A stretch of DNA of 64,000 bases. Source: an uncultured virus (IMG/VR IMGVR_UViG_3300035208_001903) (Duplodnaviria; Heunggongvirae; Uroviricota; Caudoviricetes). The stretch is taken from IMG/VR virus record IMGVR_UViG_3300035208_001903. One strand, given 5' to 3'. Of this stretch, positions 53,137 through 64,000 are shown in pieces. How positions within the stretch are numbered: position 1 is the first letter of the stretch; the number at the start of each line of letters is the position of its first letter. Under the pieces are notes generated by a model that was given only the letters and a program-made list of their open reading frames with translations, did not search any database and had not been told where the DNA came from. The position numbers and the translations under genes were made by a program.

Positions 53137-54465
53137 TTAATAAGTTATCCTAATTTGTTGTAATAAACTATCTGTATTTGTATAATATAACATTTTTCCG
53201 TCCAAAAGCCAAGAACCATATGTTATAATTGTAATACTATCAGTTCTAGGTATATAAATTTCTGTTTGACCATTACCATGCTTTTCATATTGTAAAGTAA
53301 ATTCGTGTTCTGTTGTTTGCCATTTTGGATTATTACCGGCTATCTTTTGTGGATATGCTCTAACTAAGTACTTCATTTGAGGTCTTAAATTACCATTATC
53401 ATCTAATATACCATAATAACTATATGAAAGTTTATCATAAGCGTAATAACACCATCCTACATTATATTTATCATAGATATTCAATAAATCTTTAAGAAAG
53501 TTATTATAATTTAAAGAGACTCCAAACTCTCCAATCATTATAGGAACACCATACTTTTGAGCTTCAGATATCTTTAAAGGAAACATATTATTCATTATAT
53601 TCTTACTAAGATCTTCATAAGGCTTTTGTGCATCTACATATACATCATAATAATGAGGGTAATATACAGATGAAACTTTAGGTTTAAAATTCAAACAAGA
53701 AGGTAGCATAGAACTAGTTGACATCCAAGGTTCAAAAAACATTTTTAACTTAGACCCAACAAAAACCTTTTCTATATTATAATAAAACTTAGTTAATGTT
53801 GTTCTTTCAAATCTATTAGGTGATTTATTTGGAATAGGCTCATTCATTACATCTATACCTAAAACTCCAGGTATAGTATCAAATGTATTAACTAGAAGGT
53901 CTATCATTTTAATATACTTAGTTTTTAATTCTTTATTATTCCAAAAATTATTATATGAGGCAATAACTGCAGGATCCAAATAAGTTAAACTCCAAGGTTC
54001 TTTTAATCCGCCAAAAGGAATACTATCATCATCTATAGTCCAATCCGGAAAACCATTACCACCAAACGTATCTGCATATAAATCTTGATGAATATCTATA
54101 ATAGTAGTAATTCCTATGTTATCTAAAAACTTAATTTGATTTAAAACATTATTAATATAAACTGTATCATAATTACCTTTAGTTGGTTCAATTGCACTCC
54201 AAAAGACTAAGTACCTAACAATATTAAATCCCCAATCTTTCATTTTATAAAAATCTTCATTTGATTGCCACGGTAAATTACCTTCTGAATGTTTAGAATA
54301 GTTTGAAACATTAACACCATGATATATAGTTATTCTATCCAACGTATCTCTCAAATAATAATTATTTTTATTTTCTGGTTTAGGATAACTTAACGGTTTA
54401 ATATAACAACAATTTAATGATAAAAGTAATCCTAATACTACATATATCTTTTTATATTTAAACAT
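53137..54465 (-). CDS. secreted glycoside hydrolase family 5, endoglycoceramidase-like
   Basis: HGVNV, WGFNIVR..WSAIEP, DIHQD, catalytic NEP, PHYY, catalytic GEFG and RAYPQKIAG motifs; N-terminal signal peptide. Confidence 0.88.
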   Translation of the reverse strand: MFKYKKIYVVLGLLLSLNCCYIKPLSYPKPENKNNYYLRDTLDRITIYHGVNVSNYSKHSEGNLPWQSNEDFYKMKDWGFNIVRYLVFWSAIEPTKGNYDTVYINNVLNQIKFLDNIGITTIIDIHQDLYADTFGGNGFPDWTIDDDSIPFGGLKEPWSLTYLDPAVIASYNNFWNNKELKTKYIKMIDLLVNTFDTIPGVLGIDVMNEPIPNKSPNRFERTTLTKFYYNIEKVFVGSKLKMFFEPWMSTSSMLPSCLNFKPKVSSVYYPHYYDVYVDAQKPYEDLSKNIMNNMFPLKISEAQKYGVPIMIGEFGVSLNYNNFLKDLLNIYDKYNVGWCYYAYDKLSYSYYGILDDNGNLRPQMKYLVRAYPQKIAGNNPKWQTTEHEFTLQYEKHGNGQTEIYIPRTDSITIITYGSWLLDGKMLYYTNTDSLLQQIRITY

Positions 54466-54664
54466 AAAATTCCTTTATTTGATCTTTAATTTTTGACTCG
54501 ACTTGATAAATAACTTGAGTCTCAACTATATTATTTATTTGATATCCCGATTTCATGGTATAGCGTATTTCTTCTAAAGAATTAATCTGTAATAAAAGTA
54601 AACTTATATGAAAATTAACTTGATCGATTATTTGAGATAAATTAGTTATTTGTTTTAATTGCAT
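54458..54664 (-). CDS. solitary MKL-family gene (MQLKQITNLSQIIDQV..)
   Basis: Family-like start, residual QV repeats and KDQIKE end. Confidence 0.6.
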   Translation of the reverse strand: MQLKQITNLSQIIDQVNFHISLLLLQINSLEEIRYTMKSGYQINNIVETQVIYQVESKIKDQIKEFYV

Positions 54665-54831
54665 GTTATTGATTATCGTCTTCGTTTTCGTTAGTAAATG
54701 AAGCATGTTCTTTACATTTAGAACATATTCCAATACCATCAATTACTTCTCCATCAGCAACAGCATCACAACAATCTGAACGTAATTCTGTGTCTGGATA
54801 CAACCAAGGTTCACTCATAATTCTCTCCTTT

Positions 54832-56295
54832 TTATTCTGAATGTAAAATTGCAGTTGGCTGATTTCCTTTAATATCTACAACTTCTTTAATATCATTTTG
54901 ATTTAAATCTATACATTTTATAATAGCATTCTTCGTCTCAATTAATACATTTAAACTTTTCATTAAATTAGATTGATTTATTTGTAAGTCGTTGATAAAT
55001 AAATATTCTATTATTTCACATAGATCTGAGTGAGTTAACTTATAACTAAGTACTTTCTTTTTAAACACTTTAGTTATATTTTTAATTGGTATAAGTTGAT
55101 TAGTTTCTTGATTATATTTATTCTTTAATATTTCATAGATTTCTTTTTCGGTTTTAGGATAATCAATAAAAAATACTCTATCAATTCTTCCGCGACGATT
55201 TAATAAAGAACCATGTATGTTTTCAGGTTCGTTCATAGTACTTATAATTATAATACAATCATTATATTTTACACCGTCTAGTTGTTCTAAAAATTCACTA
55301 AATACTCTATCTTGTTTATTAGTTAGTTCATATGCATCTAAATCTTCAAATATAGCTATACATGGAGTAATAGATCTTAAAAATCTAAATATATTTTGTA
55401 TATCGTCTGATGCTGTTCCTTCTCCATTAGCTTGTATATAAACAATTGGAATATCCTTTATTAGATTTTCTAATTTTAAAACTATTGTAGATTTACCAAC
55501 TCCTGCAGGTCCCACAAAAACATAGCCTCTTCTTTTCTTTTTTTCAATAGATTTTAAAATTTCATCTGAAAAAGCATTCATATTAAATTGATCAATATTG
55601 AAATTAATGTTTTTACGAGGTCTACTATACATTCCACTATAAGGTCTATATTCAATAACATTATTTTTAATATCTAATCTATCAATAAATTCTTTAAAAA
55701 TATAACTTCTTATTAAATCATTGTCTTTATACCCTATTGTATTATTTTCACAATTAGTTAATAAAAGTATATTATTATTAAGTCCAATTTCAATTTCTAT
55801 TAAATTTAACTTTTTAATACCATATTCCATTAAAATATAATAGCAGCCAGACTCAGTAATTTTTGTTACCTTTTCAAAATCATCATTATAAAAATCTATT
55901 ATTTTAAATTTATTAGTCGCAGGCTTTGTTAAAAACCAATGTACTATTTCCTTACCTAAATGAAACTTATAAGTACAAATTTCTTCAGGATTATAACAAC
56001 GCATTAATGTAGCAATGTGATGAATTTTTCGTTGACTAGTATACTTTAAACCTTTATCATTATAATAATTTTTAACAGAATTATAAACCTTATATCCTGT
56101 TATAGCTGCTGGTAATGTTTTCTTTAATCCTTTAATTGTTTCTTGATAAAACTTATTGTTTTTAAATAAAGAAGAACACAAATGCAATACTAATTCACTT
56201 GATTGAATTGCAAAAACAACCCCACCAAGATCTTCTATTACTTTACCTACTAAACTTTTATCATTTGATTTGTTTTCAACTTCAACAGGTATCAT
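54832..56295 (-). CDS. AAA+ ATPase
   Basis: Walker A GPAGVGKS, Walker B IFEDLD, second region of homology TMN..LLNRRGRID. Confidence 0.88.
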   Translation of the reverse strand: MIPVEVENKSNDKSLVGKVIEDLGGVVFAIQSSELVLHLCSSLFKNNKFYQETIKGLKKTLPAAITGYKVYNSVKNYYNDKGLKYTSQRKIHHIATLMRCYNPEEICTYKFHLGKEIVHWFLTKPATNKFKIIDFYNDDFEKVTKITESGCYYILMEYGIKKLNLIEIEIGLNNNILLLTNCENNTIGYKDNDLIRSYIFKEFIDRLDIKNNVIEYRPYSGMYSRPRKNINFNIDQFNMNAFSDEILKSIEKKKRRGYVFVGPAGVGKSTIVLKLENLIKDIPIVYIQANGEGTASDDIQNIFRFLRSITPCIAIFEDLDAYELTNKQDRVFSEFLEQLDGVKYNDCIIIISTMNEPENIHGSLLNRRGRIDRVFFIDYPKTEKEIYEILKNKYNQETNQLIPIKNITKVFKKKVLSYKLTHSDLCEIIEYLFINDLQINQSNLMKSLNVLIETKNAIIKCIDLNQNDIKEVVDIKGNQPTAILHSE

Positions 56296-56657
56296 TATTT
56301 TCTCTTTCGCCGTTGTAAATTTATATAAGTAGTTGATTTTTCATTACCTGGTCTTACCCATGCTATATCTGCTGAAGAATTAGCAGTCATAGCCTCATCA
56401 CATTCTTTTTGGCTATAAAAATTCCCAACTGTTTTATTAAAAGCACAATAATTTAGATAATCTGACCGATGATAAACCGTTACATCAGCCATTAAGGCTT
56501 TAAGATACTTTTGAGCTAAAGTATCTGCACCATTATTATCGCCAACTACAAACGAAGATTCTTCATTAACTGCTTCAAATAACTTCTGTTCATAATGTTT
56601 ACTAAATTCTTCTTCCGTTAAGTCTCTGTGTCCTGATACGAAGTAGATTTTTTCCAT
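56295..56657 (-). CDS. SLOG-superfamily-like protein
   Basis: FVSGHRD and VVGDNNGADTLA motifs. Confidence 0.55.
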   Translation of the reverse strand: MEKIYFVSGHRDLTEEEFSKHYEQKLFEAVNEESSFVVGDNNGADTLAQKYLKALMADVTVYHRSDYLNYCAFNKTVGNFYSQKECDEAMTANSSADIAWVRPGNEKSTTYINLQRRKRK

Positions 56658-56913
56658 CCGTTTTTAGTTCTCCTTGAATAATCTATAATATAATCTAAAA
56701 TATAAGTTATTAATAATCCAATCCAACATATTAAGGATATTATAGTAAGATAATTTCCAATATTACTTATCATTTTTAAAATTTCTATCCATATTAATAT
56801 ATAAACAGTTAAAACTTTATAAGAAATATGTAGGTTTTTTACAAATAATGTAAACCATAACATTACTATCATAATTATATCTAATATAAACAGTTTAGTT
56901 AAAATAGGATCCA

Positions 56914-57843
56914 TTACTTAATCCTTTCATTTATTTTTTCTTCTAGTCTATCAAATCTATTCCAAATATCTTTAACTGAAATATATTCATTGCTTTGTTT
57001 TTGCATATTAAGTTCTGAACCATAATAATCTTCAAGAATTTCAGTTAATAGATTTTTAAGTTCGCCTAATCTTGGTTTATTTGAAATAGAATTTTGAACT
57101 AAAGCTTTCTTTTCTAATAAGTCTAATTGTTCTAATACATGCTTTTCAAACCTATCCCAAGAACCCCAAGTACCAGCACGCATAGATTTCGCTTCTTCTT
57201 TATTATGCATTAAATCTAAAGTACCAGTATCAAGAATCTGATTTAACTGATCTAATAGTCTTAAAATTTGTGAGGCCATTTTAATGTCAAAACCGAATTC
57301 ATTTAAGTAATGTTGTCTTTTAGGATTATCTGTTTTACCTCGTTTAATATCTGAACGAATTCTATGTAATTGTGCAAAAGCATAACCTTTAAAAGCATGA
57401 AATGAACGCATACTTAAAAACAATTGTGCATTATCTCTTAACTTCCATGCAATATCAGTACCAAAAGTAACTAAGTTTCTTCTAACAAATAAAGTTTCAA
57501 TTAGATTGGGTGAACCTTTTAATCCTGCAAGATAAAAGAAACGTATTAGTGAAGTCCATTCTCCTTCTATATCAGTACCTTCATATGGAATACGTTTCTT
57601 TTCGCCTTTAATATCTTTAGATTCAAAGTTAGGTAACGAATCAAATCCTAAGATATAACCATACTTTTGTGGCCATAAATGGATTTCTTGAGGCATAACT
57701 ATAGCAACTATATCAATATCTGATTCTGCTGTAGCCAATCCATATGCTTGTGAGCCCATAATACATTCATAGATTAAGTTATCCTTAATCCATTGTTCAT
57801 GAGCTTCAAAGCGTTCTTTAGCAAACAATTCTGTATATATCAT
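56914..57843 (-). CDS. DNA polymerase beta-superfamily nucleotidyltransferase (RlaP/NrdC.11-like)
   Basis: GSQAYGLATAESDID, GSPNLIE and FKGYA motifs. Confidence 0.85.
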   Translation of the reverse strand: MIYTELFAKERFEAHEQWIKDNLIYECIMGSQAYGLATAESDIDIVAIVMPQEIHLWPQKYGYILGFDSLPNFESKDIKGEKKRIPYEGTDIEGEWTSLIRFFYLAGLKGSPNLIETLFVRRNLVTFGTDIAWKLRDNAQLFLSMRSFHAFKGYAFAQLHRIRSDIKRGKTDNPKRQHYLNEFGFDIKMASQILRLLDQLNQILDTGTLDLMHNKEEAKSMRAGTWGSWDRFEKHVLEQLDLLEKKALVQNSISNKPRLGELKNLLTEILEDYYGSELNMQKQSNEYISVKDIWNRFDRLEEKINERIK

Positions 57844-58778
57844 TCATTTTCCTTCTTAGGTAATACAAACATTTCTCTGGCTACTATAACTTTCACACCA
57901 GAATCTCTACCTATAGCATAGACTCCTTTAAATGCAACCTTCCTTATAATACAATTTTTGTCAAACGAAATAAATGAAAATATCTTTTTAGCTTCATTAT
58001 AATCTGTATAAATATGAAAACCAGTATGATACTTTCCGCCCCACGAATCAATATATGATTTAGATTTAATCTTCAACCATTTATTAATAGGTACTATAAA
58101 ATTCCCCTCGTGTTTTCTATATCTAAATCTTATTTGTCTATTTTTACGTTCGTTAAAAATCTTCCACCCATAACCAACATCACAAGTATTATTACGTGTT
58201 TTAAATGAGTCTAAGCACATTTTCCTTTTCCTTTCTTTTTCCATTCACCTGTTCCGTAGCATTGATTACATAATATAAGTTTTGGATCTGCAACATAACA
58301 ATTTAATAACTCACTTGGTATCGCTTCAAACGTTTTCCATTTACCTTGAAGTAATCCTTGTTCATCCCAATAGGTTTCAATACGTTTATAACAGCAGCAA
58401 CAGTAATGAATTATTTTAATATGTTTTATTTTATTTCTATTATCTTTCCATTGGTTCATGACTTAGTATTTTCCAATTAGTATGACTTTTTTTACATAAG
58501 TTTTCTATACATTGATCATTACAATTAAAAATCTTCCATACAGCCATCGAATGACTTCCGACTTTATTAACTAACAACAACATTTCATACCAACCGTTTT
58601 TCCATAACCTATGCACGGCTTGAACAGTAAAAGTCTCATTGCTTAAAGTAGATATTACCTTTTTACCAATTAGATTACTTTCAACCATAATATTACGGTT
58701 CTCAACTGGTAATCCTGCTTCTTTACGCGCAGATACTACCTTAATATAATGGTTTGTATTAAAATTAAACTTCATCAT
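57840..58778 (-). CDS. three hypothetical proteins (57840, 58211, 58440)
   Basis: Overlapping co-oriented ORFs. Confidence 0.5.
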
Positions 58779-59937
58779 TTAATTTCTTCTTCAAACATTC
58801 TAAATAGTCAAAATCTTCACACATAGTTTTATCAGGGTTATTACTAAGCTTTGCTGTAGGTTTCCAATTACATTCAATCTGCTTAATAACATTTTGTAGT
58901 GCTGGTACACCTAAATCATTAGTTAAATTTGTTCCTATACCAAACGAAATCTTAACTTTATCTTTAAAGTATTTAGCTAATTTAAACATTGTTGGGAAGT
59001 CTAATCCATCACTAAATACCAAAGTCTTTTCTTTAGGATCAATACCAAAACTATAATAATGCTTTAACATCATATCACCCCACACAATTGGATCACCTGA
59101 ATCATGTCGAACTCCACTATATCTATTAGCCAACTCATAATTAAAATCCATTAAAAACTTTTTATCGCCTAAAGTATCACTTAAAGCAATTCCCAACTTA
59201 CCATCATAAAAGTTAATCCATTCATATAAAGCTTTAGACTGACTTTGTAAAGGATCTACAACAGATTGATATGTTTGTATAAATTCATGAGCCATAGTTC
59301 CAACAGGCATTAAATTATATCGTCTAGCTAAATCTATATCACTTGTTCCTGTTATTATATCATTATCTTTTAAAGTTTTAACAACAAACTCATGATACTT
59401 GGTTGTAAAAGCTCTTCTACCACCGAAATCAATCACATTAGGCTTATATCCTTCATTTTTAGTAAATTCTTTAAAATCATTTATTTTTTTATTAAGTCTT
59501 TTTCTACCTTCGTCTAATTCTAATCCACTCAGTGAAAGATTAACTTTTCTAGTATAGATTTCGTGTACAATCTTTAGTACAAATATTTCAAATGGAGAAG
59601 TATCAACTAACAATCCATACATCATTATATCTAAGTTCTTATCTTTTTCCGCCAAATTAATATCAACAGTGCTTAATTGATATGTTTTAAGATAGTTTAA
59701 AAACTCTGGTTTAAAGTATCCTAAAGATTCTAGATAAGTTAATTCTTCATCTGTATAATTTAAAGTGCAAAGATATTCTATTTCTTTATATATTTCGTCT
59801 TTATAATCTAATAAATTAATACCTTTATTTCTACATTTAAAACGATATTTAGCACTAGTATAACGAAATTTATAATAAAAAAATTGAAGCATTGTTAGTT
59901 TATAAACGTCTTGAGATAGCAGGCTATTAATTATCAT
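58765..59937 (-). CDS. pncB: nicotinate phosphoribosyltransferase
   Basis: DVYKLTM, DFGGRR, GTMAHE, RHDSGDP, FSDGLD, FGIGTNL and KLSN motifs. Confidence 0.92.
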   Translation of the reverse strand: MIINSLLSQDVYKLTMLQFFYYKFRYTSAKYRFKCRNKGINLLDYKDEIYKEIEYLCTLNYTDEELTYLESLGYFKPEFLNYLKTYQLSTVDINLAEKDKNLDIMMYGLLVDTSPFEIFVLKIVHEIYTRKVNLSLSGLELDEGRKRLNKKINDFKEFTKNEGYKPNVIDFGGRRAFTTKYHEFVVKTLKDNDIITGTSDIDLARRYNLMPVGTMAHEFIQTYQSVVDPLQSQSKALYEWINFYDGKLGIALSDTLGDKKFLMDFNYELANRYSGVRHDSGDPIVWGDMMLKHYYSFGIDPKEKTLVFSDGLDFPTMFKLAKYFKDKVKISFGIGTNLTNDLGVPALQNVIKQIECNWKPTAKLSNNPDKTMCEDFDYLECLKKKLNDEV

Positions 59938-60177
59938 GTTTATTATTTTTTCCTTCTTTGAAACATTTCACAATAACCATGCTTACCTGATAAATTAAAT
60001 CTCGGTCCAAACGTAGTACATACATAAAAATTTAAAGATTTATCACATACACAACCTTCTTTTTTCTTTCTCTGTGAATGAAAACAATGCTTATGTACTA
60101 ATCCATGATTAATACACTCACAACAACACCCTCGCCAATGAGATGTTTTATAACAATTTTTATTATTATCAGTATAA

Positions 60178-61023
60178 TCAAACGATATTTTTTTCTGTTT
60201 GTTCATTTATTTGTTCTGTTAGGTCAAAATGTAATTGAGTTAAAATATTTATTTTAAATAATAGTCTAAAAGCCATTGAATAATTTTCATGACTTATTGT
60301 AGAGTACATCATTTTATCTACTTTATTTGCAGAAAGAAGTCCTATTTCCATATCTATTTCGCTTTTTATATTATTTAATTCCATTAAATATTCCACTCAA
60401 CTCAGAAAGAATTAAATTTCTAGTATGCGTTTTAATACAAAATCGAACAGGTCTTCTAACTAAATACCACAAATCAGAATATACACCATGATTAACAAAT
60501 GAATTACAATGTATATCAATTTTTAGATCAATATCATCACAATAATTATCAAACATATTTTTAAAATCATATACTTTTATATCAACTAATTTTTTCATTT
60601 AATTTACTCATTATTTCATCATACATCAAATCTTTATTATGAATTCTATTTAAATTCCACATAGATTGTGCTGCACTAATATTATCAACATAATAGGAAA
60701 AACTAAGTTCTTTAATAATATGATTTAATTGTGCAATTTTTTCTGGTTGAATTGTTTTATAAATTTGAACACTTAATAAATCTCTATGATTTATATGAAA
60801 TAGTTTCATTTAATTGATCCTTTAATTTCCAAATAATCTGCATAAATATATTTCGAACTTTCCAAACATAATTTGAAAGTTCTGGTGGTGTATTAAAAGA
60901 ATCTATCATAAAAGTCATAAATATCATTGTTTTATCTTGAAGTTGATAATTTATTGATCTATCATAAACATGCAATCTATCTTTGTTTTTAAAATCAACC
61001 AACTTCATTACATTGAACTCCAT
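60178..61023 (-). repeat. cluster of 4 MKL-family genes
   Basis: M(K/E)L starts with overlapping NE ends; promoter at about 61032-61060. Confidence 0.65.
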
Positions 61024-61066
61024 TAGATATAATATACATCATTGTTCATTAAAATGTCAATAGAGT

Positions 61067-61957
61067 CTAATATGCTTCTGGATAAGCATTAAATCCCTCA
61101 AAGAAATCACCTTCTGTACTCAAATCTATTCTTCTATTACCGCAAGAACATCTATGCTCACCAACAACCCAAGTACTACAACTATCACAGCATTTAATGT
61201 CTAAGGATGTTCCATCAGGATAATTTTCTTTAATATATTCTTTTTTCATTACTTCATTAACTTGACTTATTAATTCCTCATTAGTTTTATATTCAGTTAT
61301 ATTATATTTTTCAGCTAATGTTTGTGCTTTAGCAATTTTACGGATATATAGGTCTTGTTTTTCAGTTTCTTGTTTTTTAAATTCAATATTTTTCAACAAC
61401 GTATTTTTCCATTCGTCTAATCTTTTAATAAAATTATTATAACTATTAACAACTCCATCGTAATCATCTGAAGTAACAAACGTTCTATTTAAATCAGATA
61501 TATAGCCTGCAATATGACCTACCTCAGCTTTACTTCTAGATCTATTACTTTTATATTCGTATGTAGTATATCTTTCTGATATGCCTGCTAATTTCATAAT
61601 ATTAACTAAATTTGTTTTTATTTTAAGATTATACTCTAAGTTTTGAAGATTTTCCTCGTGTTTTGTTTTTGATTGACATAATAACTCATTAGCATGTTGA
61701 ACAGCTTTATTACAACAAGTATTAATATGATCTTCATTATCTTTATTAAAACCCCAATATGAAGAAGAAGGATAATAATATTCTAATGAACTTTTTAATA
61801 GACCCATACAATTACTGGGGGTAATTGGTTTAGCCGGACCAATATCAGCAGCTAATTTAGCCTTAGTTTCAACTATATCTTGTAATATCTTGTCTATATT
61901 TTCTTTAGCTTCGTTTAGTTTATATTCAACGGATCCATAACTATACTTATTATCCAT
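61067..61957 (-). CDS. hypothetical protein with C-terminal Cys cluster
   Basis: CCDSCSTW..RCSCGNRR motif. Confidence 0.6.
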   Translation of the reverse strand: MDNKYSYGSVEYKLNEAKENIDKILQDIVETKAKLAADIGPAKPITPSNCMGLLKSSLEYYYPSSSYWGFNKDNEDHINTCCNKAVQHANELLCQSKTKHEENLQNLEYNLKIKTNLVNIMKLAGISERYTTYEYKSNRSRSKAEVGHIAGYISDLNRTFVTSDDYDGVVNSYNNFIKRLDEWKNTLLKNIEFKKQETEKQDLYIRKIAKAQTLAEKYNITEYKTNEELISQVNEVMKKEYIKENYPDGTSLDIKCCDSCSTWVVGEHRCSCGNRRIDLSTEGDFFEGFNAYPEAY

Positions 61958-61973
61958 ATCTATTTCCTTTCGT

Positions 61974-62537
61974 TTAAATAGTTTCTACAAAGTTATTTAA
62001 TATTATCCAAGCCTTAGCTGCAAATTTTTGTGTTGAATCATTTAATAATTTACTGATTTCAGGCTTAGATAATATCACTGGTTCAATATCTTCTGTAGAT
62101 TCATTGTTTTTATTAGTTATTTCACCAATAGCTTCGCAAAATACCATAGATATTGATTCATCTGTCAAACCGGCTGAATTATACACAAACGGGCTAATTT
62201 TAATTACTTTATTTAAGGTTAATCCAACTTCTTCTTTAAGTTCACGTTTAGCAGCATCAATTATATCTTCTTTATCATTAACTAAGCCAGCCGGGAAACC
62301 CCATTCATAATAATTTCTATCATAAAAGCCTATTGGAATTCGTTTTTCTTTAATTAAAACTAACTTATCACCTAATACCTTATCAACAATCTTAGGTATG
62401 ATCATGATAGCTTTTTGTTTATTAGGCCTTTGAACCCATACCCAAAAGTTAGATTTACCTTCTTTATCTAAAAATTCCGTTGCTTTTAAATGCAACCACT
62501 TAGTTTTAATTAAAGTTTCAGTTGTTTGTATTTCCAT
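61974..62537 (-). CDS. Nudix hydrolase, ADP-ribose pyrophosphatase-like
   Basis: Nudix box PAGLVNDKEDIIDAAKRELKEEVG and SAGLTDE. Confidence 0.88.
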   Translation of the reverse strand: MEIQTTETLIKTKWLHLKATEFLDKEGKSNFWVWVQRPNKQKAIMIIPKIVDKVLGDKLVLIKEKRIPIGFYDRNYYEWGFPAGLVNDKEDIIDAAKRELKEEVGLTLNKVIKISPFVYNSAGLTDESISMVFCEAIGEITNKNNESTEDIEPVILSKPEISKLLNDSTQKFAAKAWIILNNFVETI

Positions 62538-63748
62538 TCTTCTTCCTCTTTAAAATCAGTTCTGTTTATATCATTAAATAAAACAAACAAAACAATTCCA
62601 CCAGTAAATATAAATGTAATGATATAAGTTATAATAATGGCTGTTTTAGAAGGCTGAACACTTATACTATCATAATAATCCCAATCCTTACGTATAAAGC
62701 TTTTAGACACATTAATAGCCATTGTATCAACTATAGCTTTATAATCAATATTGTTTTTCATATTAGAAACAATACTTTCAATTTTACTTTTAAGCCCACG
62801 TTGATCTGTAAATGATATAACTTTGGCCCATTGTATAATATCACCGCAACTTATTCCTGGCAGAGTAGAATCCCATTCGCATACTTTATTAACACCTACA
62901 GTTAATATAAATTCATTCTTATTTCCACCCCTCCAATACTTTTCTTGATATTCAGCAGCCTCAATAGTCTTATTATGAAATACTAAAAGCAACATATGAA
63001 CTTGTTTGCTTTTACCAAGTATAGCGTTCCAATTAGCCAATCTTTTTGAAACCTTAAAATCATTAATACCTAATACAGGATTATAATTAAATCTATCATA
63101 TATTGGATAATTAAACAATTCATATTCATTTATAATAGATGTATCTAATTCTTTATATGTTGTTTGAACTTTATTAATATAATGCTTACCTATAACAACA
63201 GGTATAATTTTATTAGTATCATTATTATAAGTTACACGATATGCATCACCATCTTTACCACAACCACCAAAAAGGCCAGTATTAAACTCAATATGTCTAT
63301 TTAATTCTACAAAAACCTTATTATGCCACATATTAGCCCAAGTTTCGTATGTAGCTGACGTAATTCTCCATTCATTACCTAAATTATCTGAAGCTTCCCA
63401 TTCTTCAGGATAATTATCACAATGAGAGCAATCATATGCAACTCTATCACAATGTTCAGAACATATCTTATTTTCATCAGACCCAGTACAAACTTCATGA
63501 CAATTAACATTCTTATAACAAGTTTCCCGATCCCATGTTTGCCATGATTGATAATAAATAGCAGAGTTTACATAACCGTTCCAATATTCCGTATCAATTT
63601 GTCTAGCACTTAATGATATAAAATAGGTTATAACTATAGCAACACTAGGTATACCAAATAGTATTAAATATTCCCATAAGACTATTTTTTTACTTGTTAA
63701 AAGAGATATTACGGCTACAAGAGGAATTATTAAAGCCCACCAAATCAT
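62510..63748 (-). CDS. phage membrane protein
   Basis: N- and C-terminal transmembrane helices, Cys-rich segment and YWRGGNKNE motif. Confidence 0.65.
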   Translation of the reverse strand: MIWWALIIPLVAVISLLTSKKIVLWEYLILFGIPSVAIVITYFISLSARQIDTEYWNGYVNSAIYYQSWQTWDRETCYKNVNCHEVCTGSDENKICSEHCDRVAYDCSHCDNYPEEWEASDNLGNEWRITSATYETWANMWHNKVFVELNRHIEFNTGLFGGCGKDGDAYRVTYNNDTNKIIPVVIGKHYINKVQTTYKELDTSIINEYELFNYPIYDRFNYNPVLGINDFKVSKRLANWNAILGKSKQVHMLLLVFHNKTIEAAEYQEKYWRGGNKNEFILTVGVNKVCEWDSTLPGISCGDIIQWAKVISFTDQRGLKSKIESIVSNMKNNIDYKAIVDTMAINVSKSFIRKDWDYYDSISVQPSKTAIIITYIITFIFTGGIVLFVLFNDINRTDFKEEEEWKYKQLKL

Positions 63749-63762
63749 TGCTTATCCTTTCT

Positions 63763-63999
63763 TTATTCTTTCCAAGCAAACGGCTGTAACCAAGCATTAG
63801 GTAATACAGCTTTAATATTTTGCGCACCTACTTGATTTAAAGAATGAACTATTATTATAGATTCTTTTAATATTTTTTTCTGTTGACTTATCCACTTAGC
63901 TAACTGATAACCTGTATTTTCATTTTCTGAATTAACATATACTTCACCGCCTAAATCATGATCTAAAAATATCATATCAAATGCTATATTAGTTGATAA
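63763..63999 (-). CDS. receiver-like domain protein (cyclic-phosphate-processing REC type), 5' truncated
   Basis: IFLDHDLG..TGY..IIVHSLNQVGA motifs; the frame stays open to the window edge. Confidence 0.75.
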   Translation of the reverse strand, partial: LSTNIAFDMIFLDHDLGGEVYVNSENENTGYQLAKWISQQKKILKESIIIVHSLNQVGAQNIKAVLPNAWLQPFAWKE

Positions 64000-64000
64000 T

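Overview
AT-rich, gene-dense DNA with most genes on the minus strand. It looks like the accessory/early region of a large (jumbo-like) bacteriophage; no capsid, terminase or polymerase gene is visible, so the phage assignment is an inference. From the left: a CRISPR array (32-bp type I-C-like repeat) and leader; a compact cas6-cas5-cas7-cas3 operon (I-F2/I-Fv-like Cas7 and Cas5, Cas6e-like Cas6, no cas8/cas1/cas2 in the window); and a tRNA-Lys(UUU) with a swapped 19-56 tertiary pair. About 70 small overlapping 'MKL...NET' paralogs sit in tandem arrays, several built from a 12-bp x-Ser-Gln-Val repeat. An early region has more than 30 near-identical sigma70-type promoters, several promoter-driven structured non-coding RNAs (five copies of one ~76-nt motif; boxA-led RNAs, one with complementary loops) and a sharp GC-skew switch near 14.5 kb. 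Further right are a tRNA-Leu(UAA) with a 202-nt group I intron, a three-cassette attC-like array, and auxiliary enzymes (Pth2, DEDDh exonuclease, SprT, DUF932, DUF6745, methyltransferase, amidohydrolase, GH5, AAA+, nucleotidyltransferase, PncB, Nudix). All family calls come from motif recognition by eye, not database searches.
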